Part shown: piece after piece, positions 18,274-27,961 of the stretch
Position numbering within the stretch: position 1 is the stretch's first letter
How the letters are laid out: the number at the start of each line of letters is the position of its first letter
NCBI GenBank assembly: GCA_030429665.1
Contig: JAUIEZ010000003.1
Location: forward strand, 17,885-81,884
Source: Gammaproteobacteria bacterium
GTDB lineage: Bacteria > Pseudomonadota > Gammaproteobacteria > Arenicellales > CAJQKF01
Reading direction: 5' to 3'
Length of the DNA stretch: 64,000 nt
Made by a program: the position numbers and the translations under genes
The notes under the pieces: model-generated
The model's database searches: none
What the model was told of the DNA's origin: nothing
Seen by the model: only the letters and a program-made list of their open reading frames with translations

Positions 18274-19077
18274 ATGCTCGGCATCGCCGCGACAATGCTG
18301 ACGGTCGCGGCGGCCCACGGCGCAACGCCGCACCTGGTTTCCCTGCCCGCCGCGATTCCCGCCGATCGTGTTACCGAACTCGGCGGTGACCTCGTGGAAC
18401 TGCTTTCCTCGCGCACCGGCGAACCGTTTGCGCTGGCGGTACACGACAACACGCTGACGTATCTCAAGGATCTCGCGGGGGGGCGGTTCGCTGTCGTGTT
18501 CGAGGGACCGCACGTCCTCGGCGCCCTGGCGCGCCGCGACCTGCTGGCGCCGGTCGCCGAGTTCAACCAGGGACAATCCTTCGTGGTGGTCGTCCCGACG
18601 GCGGAATCCGGCATCTACCAACTCGACGACCTTGCCGGCAAGCCGCTGTGCGCCGGGGAGATCCCCGACCTGTTCGCCCTGACCCTGCTCGACATCGTCG
18701 GCAACCCGTCGCGCGAGCCCGTCATCGTCCCGGTCGCCGAACCGCGCAACCGGGTGCGCCGCCTGCTCGGCGGTCATTGCCTGGCGGCCACGTTGCAAAC
18801 CGACCGCTTCCTTACGCTCGAGCAGAGCGACGGCGCCGACGCGCTCAGGATCATCTACAAGAGCCGCGAGCTTCCCGGTTTCGGTGTGGGCGTCGCCACC
18901 GATCTGCCCGAGACGACGCGGCGGCGCATCCGCGAGGTGCTGCTGTCCGCGAATGGCCGCGCCGCCACCCGCGCGCTCGGCGCGGCGCTGTCCGGCGGCG
19001 AAGCGCCTCTGGCCGAAAGCGACGCCAATCGCTACGGCGCGTACGCCGAGCTCATGGATACGTACTTCTACGACTAG
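18274..19077 (+). CDS. Periplasmic PhnD-like (phosphate/phosphonate-type) substrate-binding protein
   Basis: MLGIAATMLTVAAAHGA leader. A TTG at 18247 overlapping the upstream stop would add an RR-containing n-region. Type-2 PBP-like alternation. The family call is tentative. Confidence 0.5.
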   Translation: MLGIAATMLTVAAAHGATPHLVSLPAAIPADRVTELGGDLVELLSSRTGEPFALAVHDNTLTYLKDLAGGRFAVVFEGPHVLGALARRDLLAPVAEFNQGQSFVVVVPTAESGIYQLDDLAGKPLCAGEIPDLFALTLLDIVGNPSREPVIVPVAEPRNRVRRLLGGHCLAATLQTDRFLTLEQSDGADALRIIYKSRELPGFGVGVATDLPETTRRRIREVLLSANGRAATRALGAALSGGEAPLAESDANRYGAYAELMDTYFYD

Positions 19078-19247
19078 TCGTCATTCGGCGCCCCCGCTCG
19101 CGGCGTCGCGGATCGTCGCGCGGCAGCGGCGTCCACGGGTCATGCGTCCCCGCGTTGGCGCCCGACAGGGTTCATCGACAAGACGTACGAGAATACACTG
19201 CGGCCTCGCGACCATGATTCGACACACCCGGGAGGCGGCAAACCACA

Positions 19248-19940
19248 ATGACCGACGGCGCTCGCATTGCCGGATTCAGCCAGGACGACGAGCTGCACTG
19301 GCGTGTGCACCTCGACTGCGGGCACCGCGTCCACGCGCGCCACGACCCGCCGTGGCAGTCGCGGCCGTGGGTGGTATCGGCCGCCAGGCGCCGCGCCATG
19401 CTCGGTACGCCCTGGCGCTGCCCCTACTGTGGGGGCGATGCCACCATGACACCGGCGCCGGCGCCGCTGGAACTGGTGACGCTGGACGTCGACGATGCAT
19501 GGATCGACTACAACGGCCACATGAATCTCGCCTACTACGTGCTCGCCTTCGACCGCGCCGTCGACGCGCTGCTGGCCGCGATCGGCATCGACGCCGGCTA
19601 CGTGGACGACCGGCGGCTGTCGACGTTCAGCGCCGAGATTCACGTCTGTTACCTGGCCGAGCTACGGGCCGGCGACCCATTGCGCATCACCGGACAGGTG
19701 CTTGACGCCGATGCCAAGCGGCTGCACTTTTTCCTGCGCATGTTCCACGCCGTCGACGGCTACCTGGCGGCGACCCTCGAGCAGGTCGCCCTGCACGTCG
19801 ACCTCGCCACGCGCCGCACCGCTGCATTCCCGGACGACGTGCTCGCGCGCATCAACGGATTGCGGTCCGGACACGCCGCCCTCGATCGCCCCGGGCAGGC
19901 AGGGCGGGTCATGGGGCTGGGCGCGCCCCGGGACCGCTAG
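19248..19940 (+). CDS. DUF3565-like Zn-ribbon domain fused to a 4HBT/hotdog acyl-CoA thioesterase
   Basis: N-terminal GFSQDDELHWRVHLDCGHRVHARHDPPWQSRPWV...WRCPYCGG, then DYNGHMNLAYYVLAFDRA...hotdog thioesterase. GGGAGG before the ATG. Confidence 0.6.
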   Translation: MTDGARIAGFSQDDELHWRVHLDCGHRVHARHDPPWQSRPWVVSAARRRAMLGTPWRCPYCGGDATMTPAPAPLELVTLDVDDAWIDYNGHMNLAYYVLAFDRAVDALLAAIGIDAGYVDDRRLSTFSAEIHVCYLAELRAGDPLRITGQVLDADAKRLHFFLRMFHAVDGYLAATLEQVALHVDLATRRTAAFPDDVLARINGLRSGHAALDRPGQAGRVMGLGAPRDR

Positions 19941-20578
19941 CTCGCGACGCGCCCGGCGAACAGCGTGGTGATTCGTCGCGCCAGCGTCTCGACATCGGCA
20001 ACCGCGAGACGTTCGGGCGTTACCTTTCCTTCCAGAACGAGGCTCGACAGACCGTGTACCAGCGACCAGGCCGCCACCGTCGCGAGGTGCGTGTCCGGGG
20101 AATCCCCGCTGGCGTCGCCGATCTGGTCGCCAATGGCGCGGCTGATCGGCACGTAGCTCTCGTCCGCGGTCCGCCTCAGGGTTTCGTCCTCGGCAAATCG
20201 CTGGCACACCGCGCGGCCGAACATCAGCCGGAACAGGCCCGGGTGGTCGGTGGCGAATCGCACGTAGCAGCAGCCGAGTGCGACGATCCGCTCGGCGGCG
20301 GCCTCCAGACCCTCGATCGAGGCGTTCATTCGCTCGGACAGGCGCGCGAACCCCACCGTCGCGACCGCGCCCAGCAGTGCTTCCTTGTTTCGGAAATGGC
20401 TGTACGGCGCGGCCTGGGATACACCGGTTCGGCGCGCCACGCCGCGCAGGGTAACCGCCTCCACGCCGCCCTCCTCGAGCATCGCGAGCGCCGACTCGAC
20501 GAGGGCGTCACGTAGTTCGCCATGGTGATAAGGCTTTGATTTTGCTATTTTTTTCGTCATCTCGTGAATTTTCGTCAT
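19937..20578 (-). CDS. TetR/AcrR family transcriptional regulator
   Basis: HTH region LRGVARRTGVSQAAPYSHFRNKEALL. Two equivalent ATG starts (20578 and 20560) created by an 18-bp tandem repeat. Divergent from the MFP-RND pair. Confidence 0.85.
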   Translation of the reverse strand: MTKIHEMTKKIAKSKPYHHGELRDALVESALAMLEEGGVEAVTLRGVARRTGVSQAAPYSHFRNKEALLGAVATVGFARLSERMNASIEGLEAAAERIVALGCCYVRFATDHPGLFRLMFGRAVCQRFAEDETLRRTADESYVPISRAIGDQIGDASGDSPDTHLATVAAWSLVHGLSSLVLEGKVTPERLAVADVETLARRITTLFAGRVAS

Positions 20579-20583
20579 CTTAT

Positions 20584-20640
20584 CTTGACATCGTTAAGTT
20601 TACGGATAGAATTCTACCGCACAATCTTAACATCGTAAAG
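20584..20640. promoter_or_regulatory. Pair of 15-bp direct repeats (candidate TetR operator) in an AT-rich divergent promoter region
   Basis: CTTGACATCGTTAAG (20584..20598) and CTTAACATCGTAAAG (20626..20640), 13/15 identical and 42 bp apart, between the TetR gene and the efflux genes. Confidence 0.4.
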
Positions 20641-20720
20641 ATATATTCCGACACGTCCCCGGGGGGCGAATCGGATCGTGGCCGAAGGGATCCGGCGTCA
20701 CCAAAACAGAGACCGACACC

Positions 20721-21476
20721 ATGCGAGCCATTTCCCTGATTCTTCTGCTGGCCGTCGTGAACACGGCCGCCGCCGTCGATATCGAGACGCCCGCCACGAT
20801 CACGCCCGCGCGCGCCGTGGACATGGCGGCCAAGGTCGCTTCTCGCGTCAACGGCGTGTTCGTCGAGGAGGGCGACGGCGTGCGCGCCGGCACCACGCTG
20901 GTCACGCTCGACAGTGCCGAGCTCAAGGCGCGGCATGCATCGGCGGAGGCGGAGGCAGCGCTGGCGCGCGCCGAGCTTCGACGCGCGAAGCGCGCCGAGT
21001 CTCGCGCGCGCACCCTGTTCGAGAACAAGACCCTGCCCGAGGAGAACTTCGACAACGCGCTTTACGCGCGCGAGGCCGCGGAGCAGCGAGTGCGCGCCGC
21101 CGAGGCGCGCATCGACCTCATGGAGGCCGAGCTCGGGGAAACGATCATCAAGGCGCCGTTCGACGGCGTGGTGACGTTTCGCGACGTGGAGATCGGTCAG
21201 CTGACCGAGGTCGGTCGTACGCTGTTCACCATCGAGGACCACGGCCACCTCGAAGTGTCATTCAAGGTCAGCGACCGCGATGTCACCTCCCTCGTGCCCG
21301 GCCGCGACGTGACCGTCGTGGTGGACGCGCTGGCGCGCGCGTCCCTGGCGGCGACCATCGTGCGCATCGTTCCCTCGGGCGATCGCCAGACCCACGAGTT
21401 CCGCGTCGAGGCGACGCTGGCGCCGCGCGACGGTCTCATGCCGGGGATGTTCGCCAGCGTGCGCATCGCCCGCTGA
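20721..21476 (+). CDS. Efflux RND periplasmic adaptor (membrane fusion protein), short form
   Basis: Signal/anchor MRAISLILLLAVVNTAAA, a coiled-coil hairpin (AELKARHASAEAEAALARAELRRAK...) and beta-barrel motif IKAPFDGVV. Confidence 0.8.
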   Translation: MRAISLILLLAVVNTAAAVDIETPATITPARAVDMAAKVASRVNGVFVEEGDGVRAGTTLVTLDSAELKARHASAEAEAALARAELRRAKRAESRARTLFENKTLPEENFDNALYAREAAEQRVRAAEARIDLMEAELGETIIKAPFDGVVTFRDVEIGQLTEVGRTLFTIEDHGHLEVSFKVSDRDVTSLVPGRDVTVVVDALARASLAATIVRIVPSGDRQTHEFRVEATLAPRDGLMPGMFASVRIAR

Positions 21477-21489
21477 TAGGGGTGGCACC

Positions 21490-24400
21490 ATGAATCACAT
21501 GATTGCCTACTTCGCCTCGCGGCCCCTGCTCGCCAATGTGATCACCGTGATGATCATGCTGATGGGCGTCGCCGTGCTCGCCATCGTCCAGCGCGACAAC
21601 TTCCCCGCGGTGGACTTCAACGAGATGATCGTGACCACGCGCTACCCCGGCGCCTCGCCGCGGGACGTCGAGCTGAACGTGACCAACCCCGTCGAGGAGG
21701 CACTCGAAGAGGTCGACGGCATCGACACCGTAGTCTCCTACTCCATGGAAAACATCTCCGTGGTGCACGTGCGCCTGGACACCGACCTGCCCGACGCGGA
21801 GAAGGTGAAAACCGACGTTCGCGACGCGGTGGCGCAAGTGTCCGATCTCCCCGTCGAAGTCGACGGGCGGCCCCGCGTCGACGAGATCACCACCGCGACC
21901 GGTATCCCCATCATCGAGGTGGGAGTCAGCGGCGACATTCCCTACCCCGAGTTGAGAGAATTGGCACGGCGCGCCAAGAAGCGTCTGTTGAACGTGCCCG
22001 GCGTGGCCAGCCTGGACGAGTTCGGCCTGCTCGACCGCGAGATCAAGGTCGAGCTGTCGCGCGAGGCCCTGGAGCGTCACCAGGTGCGCGCCGCGGACGT
22101 CGTCGACGCCATCGCCCGCCGCAACATCCGCGCCACCGGCGGCTCCTTCGAGTCGTATACCAACGAGCGCAACATCGTCACCCTGGACCAGTTCGAATCC
22201 CCTTCGGAAGCGGGCGACGTCATCATCCGGGCAGACCCCGGCGCCGCCACCGTTCGCGTTCGAGACGTCGCCGGCATTCGTGACGCCTTCGAGGACGAGA
22301 AGGTTCGCTCGCGTATGAACGGACGCCCGGCCATCTCGTTCCTGGTCTACAAGAAAGAGTCGGCCGACATCATTCGCACGGTGGAGTCGATCAAGCGACT
22401 TGTCGACGACAACCGCCACCGCCTGCCGCAAGCGGCCGACATCGAGTATTCGAACGACATGTCGCGTATCGTCACCACGCGCCTGACCGTGGCCGCTTCC
22501 AACGGCCTTATCGGGCTCGTGCTGGTGCTGGTGGTGCTGTCGGTGTTTCTCGATCTGCGCTCGGCCTTCTGGGTCGCGCTGGGCATCCCGGTGGCGCTTC
22601 TCGGCACCGTGTTCCTGCTACCGGTATTCGGCGCCTATCTCGACTCCATCGTGCTCGCGGCGATGATCCTGGTCATCGGCATCATCGTCGATGACGGCAT
22701 CGTTATCGCCGAGAACATCTGGCTGTACCGCGAACGCGGCCACGCGCCGCTGGACGCCGCGGTTCGCGGCACCGCCAGCGTGTACAAGCCGGTGCTCACG
22801 ACCATCGCCACCACCGCGCTCGCCTTCGCGCCCATGTTCTTCATGCAAGGCATGCTGGGCAGTTTCGTCTACGTGATTCCTCTGGTGGTTATCCTGGCGC
22901 TGTTCATCTCCCTGGTCGAGATCACCGCGGCGCTGCCGGCGCATCTCATCGCCGGCGCGAAGCATGCACCCGCTGCCGGCGCGCATCCTTCCGGCCATTC
23001 ACGCTTCGACGCGATCCGCGCAACGTTCGACCGCCTGCTCGGTCCGATGCTCAGGTGGCGCTACGCCGTGATCGGCGTGTTCGTCGCCGCGCTCGCCGGC
23101 TCGTTCTGGTACGCCGGCCGCTACATGGACTTCGTCCTGTTTCCCACCCAGTCGGCCGACACGTTCTACGTGACCGTCGAATTGCCGAGCGGCGCGTCGC
23201 TGTCGCTCACCTCTGAGAAAGTGGCGCAACTGGAGCGAGTCGTCGAGTCGCTGCCGGACGACGAACTCGATTCGTTCGTCTCTCGCATCGGCAGTCACGG
23301 GGACTTCAACCTCGGCGAGAACGAGAACTGGGCGCTTATCGGCGTCTACCTCACGCCCTATTCCACCGGGCGCCGCGACGCCGACCATATCGTCGATTCG
23401 CTACGCGATGCCATGTCGTCGGTGGAAGGCATCGAACGGCTCAATTTCATCATCGACAGCGGCGGGCCGCCGGTAGGTCGCCCCATTACCCTGCGCGTCG
23501 TGGGCAGCGACGACGACATGCGCGAGGCGCTGGCCGGCGAGGTGATGGCGCGCCTTGAATCCATGAACGGCGTCAAGGATATAGACCGCAACGACAAGCA
23601 GGGAAAGGAGCAGGTCAGCATCGACATCAACCACCTGCGCCTCGCCAACGCCGGTCTGACCGTCGCCGACGTCGCCTCGGCCGTACGCCTGGCCTTCGAC
23701 GGCGAGGTGGTCACTTCGGTGCGCTACGGCGACGAGGACGTGGATTTTCGCGTGCAGTTCGAACCGCTCGCGCGATCCTCGTTGCAAACGCTGGCGCGAC
23801 TCGACGTACCGAACCAGGCCGGCCGTTTCGTCGAGCTCGCCGAAGTCGCGGAATTCGTGCCCGGTCCCGGACCGTCGAACGTCTACCACTTCGAGAACGA
23901 ACGCGCGGTGCTGATAACCGCCGACGTGATCAAGGACGTCGTCACGCCGGTGGCCGCGACCAACGCGGTCCTTCGGGCCATCGATCTCGACGACTGGCCC
24001 GGCATGCGGCTCGTGGTCGGCGGCGAAGCGGAAGAGACCGCCGAGTCCATGGTCAGCCTGGGCATTGCCTTTGCGTCGGCCGCCGTGGGCATCTACGTGG
24101 TGTTGTTGTTGCTGTTCAACTCCTTCTCGCAGCCGCTGCTCGTGTTGGCCGCGATACCGTTCGGGCTGGTCGGCGTAATCACCGCGTTCGCATTGCACGG
24201 CGAAGCACTGGGATTCCTCGCCATGCTCGGCGTGGTCGGCTTGACGGGCATCGTGGTGAACGACTCGCTGATCCTGGTCAACCTCGTCAACCGGCGACGT
24301 TCGGCAGCGCCGGCCGAGCCGCTGGCAACGATCATACGCGAGGCGACCGTGGAGCGCCTGCGCCCGATCCTTCTGACCTCGATAACCACGGTCGCGGGCC

Positions 24401-24639
24401 TGCTGCCAATGGCCTACGGCATCGGCGGTTCCGACCCCTTTTCCGCGCCCATGGCGCTGGCAATGGGATACGGTATCGCCTTCGCCACGCCGCTGACGCT
24501 ACTGCTCGTGCCCGCGCTGCTGCTGGTGGCCGACGACTTCGGGCGGGTGTTCCGGCGCCGTGCCGATCACGGTCGCGGCTTGTTGAAGCTTGCATCGCCT
24601 TCGAGTAAATTCGTCATCGGCCGTTCGAATTATCAATAA
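21490..24639 (+). CDS. RND efflux transporter permease (AcrB/HAE-type)
   Basis: 1049 aa with a 12-TM two-fold repeat and large periplasmic loops. Typical N-terminus MIAYFASRPLLANVITVMIMLMG and GIIVDDGIVIAENI motif. Confidence 0.9.
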   Translation: MNHMIAYFASRPLLANVITVMIMLMGVAVLAIVQRDNFPAVDFNEMIVTTRYPGASPRDVELNVTNPVEEALEEVDGIDTVVSYSMENISVVHVRLDTDLPDAEKVKTDVRDAVAQVSDLPVEVDGRPRVDEITTATGIPIIEVGVSGDIPYPELRELARRAKKRLLNVPGVASLDEFGLLDREIKVELSREALERHQVRAADVVDAIARRNIRATGGSFESYTNERNIVTLDQFESPSEAGDVIIRADPGAATVRVRDVAGIRDAFEDEKVRSRMNGRPAISFLVYKKESADIIRTVESIKRLVDDNRHRLPQAADIEYSNDMSRIVTTRLTVAASNGLIGLVLVLVVLSVFLDLRSAFWVALGIPVALLGTVFLLPVFGAYLDSIVLAAMILVIGIIVDDGIVIAENIWLYRERGHAPLDAAVRGTASVYKPVLTTIATTALAFAPMFFMQGMLGSFVYVIPLVVILALFISLVEITAALPAHLIAGAKHAPAAGAHPSGHSRFDAIRATFDRLLGPMLRWRYAVIGVFVAALAGSFWYAGRYMDFVLFPTQSADTFYVTVELPSGASLSLTSEKVAQLERVVESLPDDELDSFVSRIGSHGDFNLGENENWALIGVYLTPYSTGRRDADHIVDSLRDAMSSVEGIERLNFIIDSGGPPVGRPITLRVVGSDDDMREALAGEVMARLESMNGVKDIDRNDKQGKEQVSIDINHLRLANAGLTVADVASAVRLAFDGEVVTSVRYGDEDVDFRVQFEPLARSSLQTLARLDVPNQAGRFVELAEVAEFVPGPGPSNVYHFENERAVLITADVIKDVVTPVAATNAVLRAIDLDDWPGMRLVVGGEAEETAESMVSLGIAFASAAVGIYVVLLLLFNSFSQPLLVLAAIPFGLVGVITAFALHGEALGFLAMLGVVGLTGIVVNDSLILVNLVNRRRSAAPAEPLATIIREATVERLRPILLTSITTVAGLLPMAYGIGGSDPFSAPMALAMGYGIAFATPLTLLLVPALLLVADDFGRVFRRRADHGRGLLKLASPSSKFVIGRSNYQ

Positions 24640-24711
24640 ACTAGACCGGCTCTCGCACCTCGCTTGAAGGTGCGGAACAGGCAGGGTGACCGTGCCCCGG
24701 AGGAGGATGCC

Positions 24712-25614
24712 ATGAAGAACGTCTTGTCGACCGTGATTGTCGCGCTCACGCTCGCCGTCGCGCCGTTCGTAGCGGCAAACGCCCAGGAACGCACCTTGAC
24801 CTGGGTCGGCTGCGGAATCTCCAAGCAAGGGTTCATGGCCGAGATGGCGCAGGCCTACTACGACAAGACCGGCATCAACGTCGTCATCCAGGGCGGCGGC
24901 GCCACCAAGGGCATACGCATGGTGTCGGCGGGCGAGGCCGACCTGGGCGGCAGTTGCCGCGATGTCATCACCCATCCCATCATGATCTCTCCCATCAGCG
25001 AGGAGCGTTGGTCGCGCATGAATCCGGTCGCCTGGGACGCGCTGGTGGTGATCGTGCACAAGGACAACGGCGTGACCGACATCACCAGCGAGCAGGTGCG
25101 CGAGCTGCTCAAGGGCCGCATCCGCAACTGGACCGAGCTCGGCGGCGCCGACCGGCCGGTGGAGGTTTACGTTCGCGACGGCAAGATCTCGGGCGTCGGT
25201 CGCACCATCCGCGAACTCGTGTTCGCCAATTACAGCGAGGACTTCGTCGCCGACCACGTCATGCCTTCGAGCGGGCCGCTGGAGAAGGCCATCGAGAAGA
25301 ACCTGAACGGCGTCGGCATCACCGGCATCAGCAGCGCGCGACGGCGCGACGTCAAGATCCTGAGGCTCGACGGCGTGGCGCCCACGTACGAACGCATACG
25401 TGATGGCGGCTACGGCTTGTACCGGCCGCTCTACCTCGTCACACCGCTGGCAGTGAACGTCAAGCCGGAAATCATCGACTTTCTCGAGTTCGTCAAGAGC
25501 GAGGAAGGCAAGGCCATCATGCGCAAGGTGGGCACGGTTCCCCACGAGGACGCCATTCCCACCTGGCTGCGCTACCTGGAACGTCGCGAGGCCGCACTGC
25601 TCGCCGAGGGCTGA
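24712..25614 (+). CDS. PstS-family (PBP-like 2) periplasmic substrate-binding protein
   Basis: Start re-set to ATG 24712 (GGAGGAGG upstream): MKNVLSTVIVALTLAVAPFVAANA signal peptide, and GGGATKGI...RDGKISGV...GYGLYRPLYLV motifs. Confidence 0.7.
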   Translation: MKNVLSTVIVALTLAVAPFVAANAQERTLTWVGCGISKQGFMAEMAQAYYDKTGINVVIQGGGATKGIRMVSAGEADLGGSCRDVITHPIMISPISEERWSRMNPVAWDALVVIVHKDNGVTDITSEQVRELLKGRIRNWTELGGADRPVEVYVRDGKISGVGRTIRELVFANYSEDFVADHVMPSSGPLEKAIEKNLNGVGITGISSARRRDVKILRLDGVAPTYERIRDGGYGLYRPLYLVTPLAVNVKPEIIDFLEFVKSEEGKAIMRKVGTVPHEDAIPTWLRYLERREAALLAEG

Positions 25615-25634
25615 GCACGACGCCGTTCCCGTCC

Positions 25635-25658
25635 GCGCCGCCGGCTCGCCGGCGGCGC
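25635..25658 (+). terminator. 10-bp perfect GC hairpin after the PstS-like gene
   Basis: GCGCCGCCGG / CTCG / CCGGCGGCGC, 21 nt after the stop. No clear T-tract, so terminator function is uncertain. Confidence 0.35.
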
Positions 25659-25693
25659 GCCCGTTATCGCATTCGGAATGGCGAACGAACACC

Positions 25694-26317
25694 ATGCCAT
25701 ACACCGTCTACGGCAATCGTCGCTCGGGCTCCGCCATCGTCGAGCTGGCGCTGGCCGTCATCGGCGCGCCTTTCGACATTCGCGACGTGAGCCTCGACGA
25801 CGAGGCGCAGCGCGGCGAGGCGTATGCCGCGATCAACCCGGCGCGCAAGCTGCCGGCCCTGGTCACGCCAGGCGGCGAGACGTTGACCGAGTCGCTGGCG
25901 ATCCTCCTCACCCTGGACGAGCGCCACCGCGACGCGGCGCTGCTGCCCGCGCCCGCCTCCGCCGCGCGGGCGACGGCGCTGCGATGGCTGTGCTTCGTCG
26001 CCACCGAGATCTACCCGTTGGTGGAGATCAGCGACTACCCCGAGCGCTTTGCCGGAGAATCCGACCCGCAGTCCGCGCGCGAACGGGCGCGGGCTCTGTG
26101 GCGCGAGCGCTGGTCGCTGCTGGAACGGCAGGCGTCGGGCGACCCGTGGCTGCTCGAGTCCGGATTCTCGCTGCTCGATCTGCAGGTCGCCGTGGTCAGC
26201 CGCTGGACCCGCCAGGACGCGTGGCGCGAACGCGAGCTGCCGCGCATCGAGGCCATCGCCCGCGCCGTTGCATCGCGCCCGGACTGCGCGCCGGCATGGA
26301 GTCGTCACTTCGTTTGA
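25694..26317 (+). CDS. Glutathione S-transferase
   Basis: MPYTVYGNRRSGSAIVELAL...KLPALVTPGGETLTESLAILLTL thioredoxin-like N-domain plus a helical C-domain. Confidence 0.8.
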   Translation: MPYTVYGNRRSGSAIVELALAVIGAPFDIRDVSLDDEAQRGEAYAAINPARKLPALVTPGGETLTESLAILLTLDERHRDAALLPAPASAARATALRWLCFVATEIYPLVEISDYPERFAGESDPQSARERARALWRERWSLLERQASGDPWLLESGFSLLDLQVAVVSRWTRQDAWRERELPRIEAIARAVASRPDCAPAWSRHFV

Positions 26318-26334
26318 AGCGGCGCGCCGACAAC

Positions 26335-27957
26335 ATGGATCCATACGACTTCGTCGTGGTCGGCGCGGGCTCCGCCGGTTGCGTGGTGGCGTCGCGGCTG
26401 GCGACAGCCGGCCATCGCGTGCTGGTACTCGAGGCCGGCACCGCGAGGCGGCCGATCTGGACCCGCGTGCCCATCGGCTACGGCAAGACCTACTTCGACA
26501 CCCGCGTCAATTGGTGTCTTCATACCGAAGCCGAGTCCGGCCTCGACAATCGCGCCAGCTATTGGCCGCGCGGCAAGGGAGTGGGCGGGTCCAGCGCCAT
26601 CAACGCCATGGTCTACTACCGCGGCCTGCCGCACGATTTCGACGACTGGGCGAGGCGCGCCGGTCCCGCCTGGTCGTGGCCCAGGGTGCGGGCCGGCTTC
26701 GAGGCCATCGAGCGCCTGCACGCCGCCAACGGCGAGATTACCGGCGTCGGGCCGCAGTGGATCACCGATCCGGGCGCGGCGTACCACCCGCTCGGCCGTC
26801 ACTACCTCGACGCCGCGAAGCAACTCGGCTTCGAACACAATCCGCGCCTGATCGGCGGCGACGGCGTGGGGCGTTATTGCATCACGACGCATCGCGGCGT
26901 TCGCGTGTGTGCCGCCGATGCCTTTCTCGCGCCCGCGCTGAAGCACGACAGGCTGGACCTGCTCTGCGAGGCGCTGGTGACGTCGATCCTGTTCGACGGC
27001 GCGCGCGCCACCGGTGTGGCGTTCGAACTGCGCGGCGCCGCGCACAAGGTCTATTGCACCCGGGAGGTGATCCTGTGCGCCGGCGCGGTGGCATCGCCGC
27101 AAGTACTGCAGTTGTCCGGCATCGGCCCGGGGCGGCTGCTTTCGCGCCTGGGTATCGCCGTGCGCGCCGACCGGCCCGCGGTGGGCGGCAACCTGCAGGA
27201 CCACCTCGCCGTGACGTATTTTTTCAGGTCGCGTGTGCCGACCCTGAACAACCAGCTACGCCCGTGGTGGGGCAAGGCGCTGGCGGGATTGCACTACGCG
27301 GCGACGCGCGGCGGGCCGTTGGCGCTGGGCGTCAACCAGTACGGCGGCTTCGTGCGCTCGACGCCGGCGCGGACCCGGCCCGACATACAACTGTATTTCA
27401 ACCCGATCACCTACTCCAAGAAACCGGTGGGCAAGCGCCCCCTGCTCAGCCCGGATCCCTATCCCGGCTTCATCCTCAGCTTTCAACCCTGTCGGCCGGC
27501 CAGCCGTGGCCGCATCGACATCGTCTCCGGGAATCCGTCGGCGGCACCGCGCATCCGGCCCAATTACCTCGGCGACGCGGACGACCTGCAGGCCGTGGTG
27601 GACGGCGCGCGACTGCTGGCGCTGTTGGCCGCGGCCGAGCCGCTGCGCGCGGTGACCGCGGCGCCGGTCGGCCCCACGCCCGAGGGCATGGACGAGAACG
27701 CCATCGTCGCGGATTTTCGCGCGCGCGCCGACACCGTGTTTCACCCCGTCGGCACTTGCGCCATGGGCGAGGACCCGGCGACGAGCGTGGTCGATCCGGC
27801 GCTGAAGGTGCACGGGTTCGAGGCCCTGCGCGTGGTCGACGCCTCGGTATTCCCCAACGTCACCTCCGGCAATACCAACGCACCCGTGCTGATGACGGCA
27901 TGGCGGGCGGCGGACATGATCCTGCACGACACGGCGCCCGGGTGCCCCGACCGGTGA
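26335..27957 (+). CDS. GMC family FAD oxidoreductase (choline/alcohol dehydrogenase-like)
   Basis: Start re-set to ATG 26335: MDPYDFVVVGAGSAGCVVASRL...GKGVGGSSAINAM...HPVGTCAMG...NTNAPVLM. Confidence 0.85.
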   Translation: MDPYDFVVVGAGSAGCVVASRLATAGHRVLVLEAGTARRPIWTRVPIGYGKTYFDTRVNWCLHTEAESGLDNRASYWPRGKGVGGSSAINAMVYYRGLPHDFDDWARRAGPAWSWPRVRAGFEAIERLHAANGEITGVGPQWITDPGAAYHPLGRHYLDAAKQLGFEHNPRLIGGDGVGRYCITTHRGVRVCAADAFLAPALKHDRLDLLCEALVTSILFDGARATGVAFELRGAAHKVYCTREVILCAGAVASPQVLQLSGIGPGRLLSRLGIAVRADRPAVGGNLQDHLAVTYFFRSRVPTLNNQLRPWWGKALAGLHYAATRGGPLALGVNQYGGFVRSTPARTRPDIQLYFNPITYSKKPVGKRPLLSPDPYPGFILSFQPCRPASRGRIDIVSGNPSAAPRIRPNYLGDADDLQAVVDGARLLALLAAAEPLRAVTAAPVGPTPEGMDENAIVADFRARADTVFHPVGTCAMGEDPATSVVDPALKVHGFEALRVVDASVFPNVTSGNTNAPVLMTAWRAADMILHDTAPGCPDR

Positions 27958-27961
27958 GGCG

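Noticed and set aside
19937-19940. Convergent genes sharing the palindrome CTAG as both stop codons
   Set aside because: It is real but trivial: a 4-nt overlap of TAG stops on opposite strands, with no regulatory implication that I can support.
20536-20739. 67-aa + strand ORF in the TetR/efflux intergenic region
   Set aside because: It overlaps the TetR N-terminus and the AT-rich promoter region, has no RBS and has an atypical composition. It is more likely non-coding regulatory DNA.
24654-24674. Possible terminator hairpin after the RND permease gene (CGCACCT/AGGTGCG)
   Set aside because: The stem is only 7 bp, with a 7-nt loop and no T-tract. It is too weak to call.
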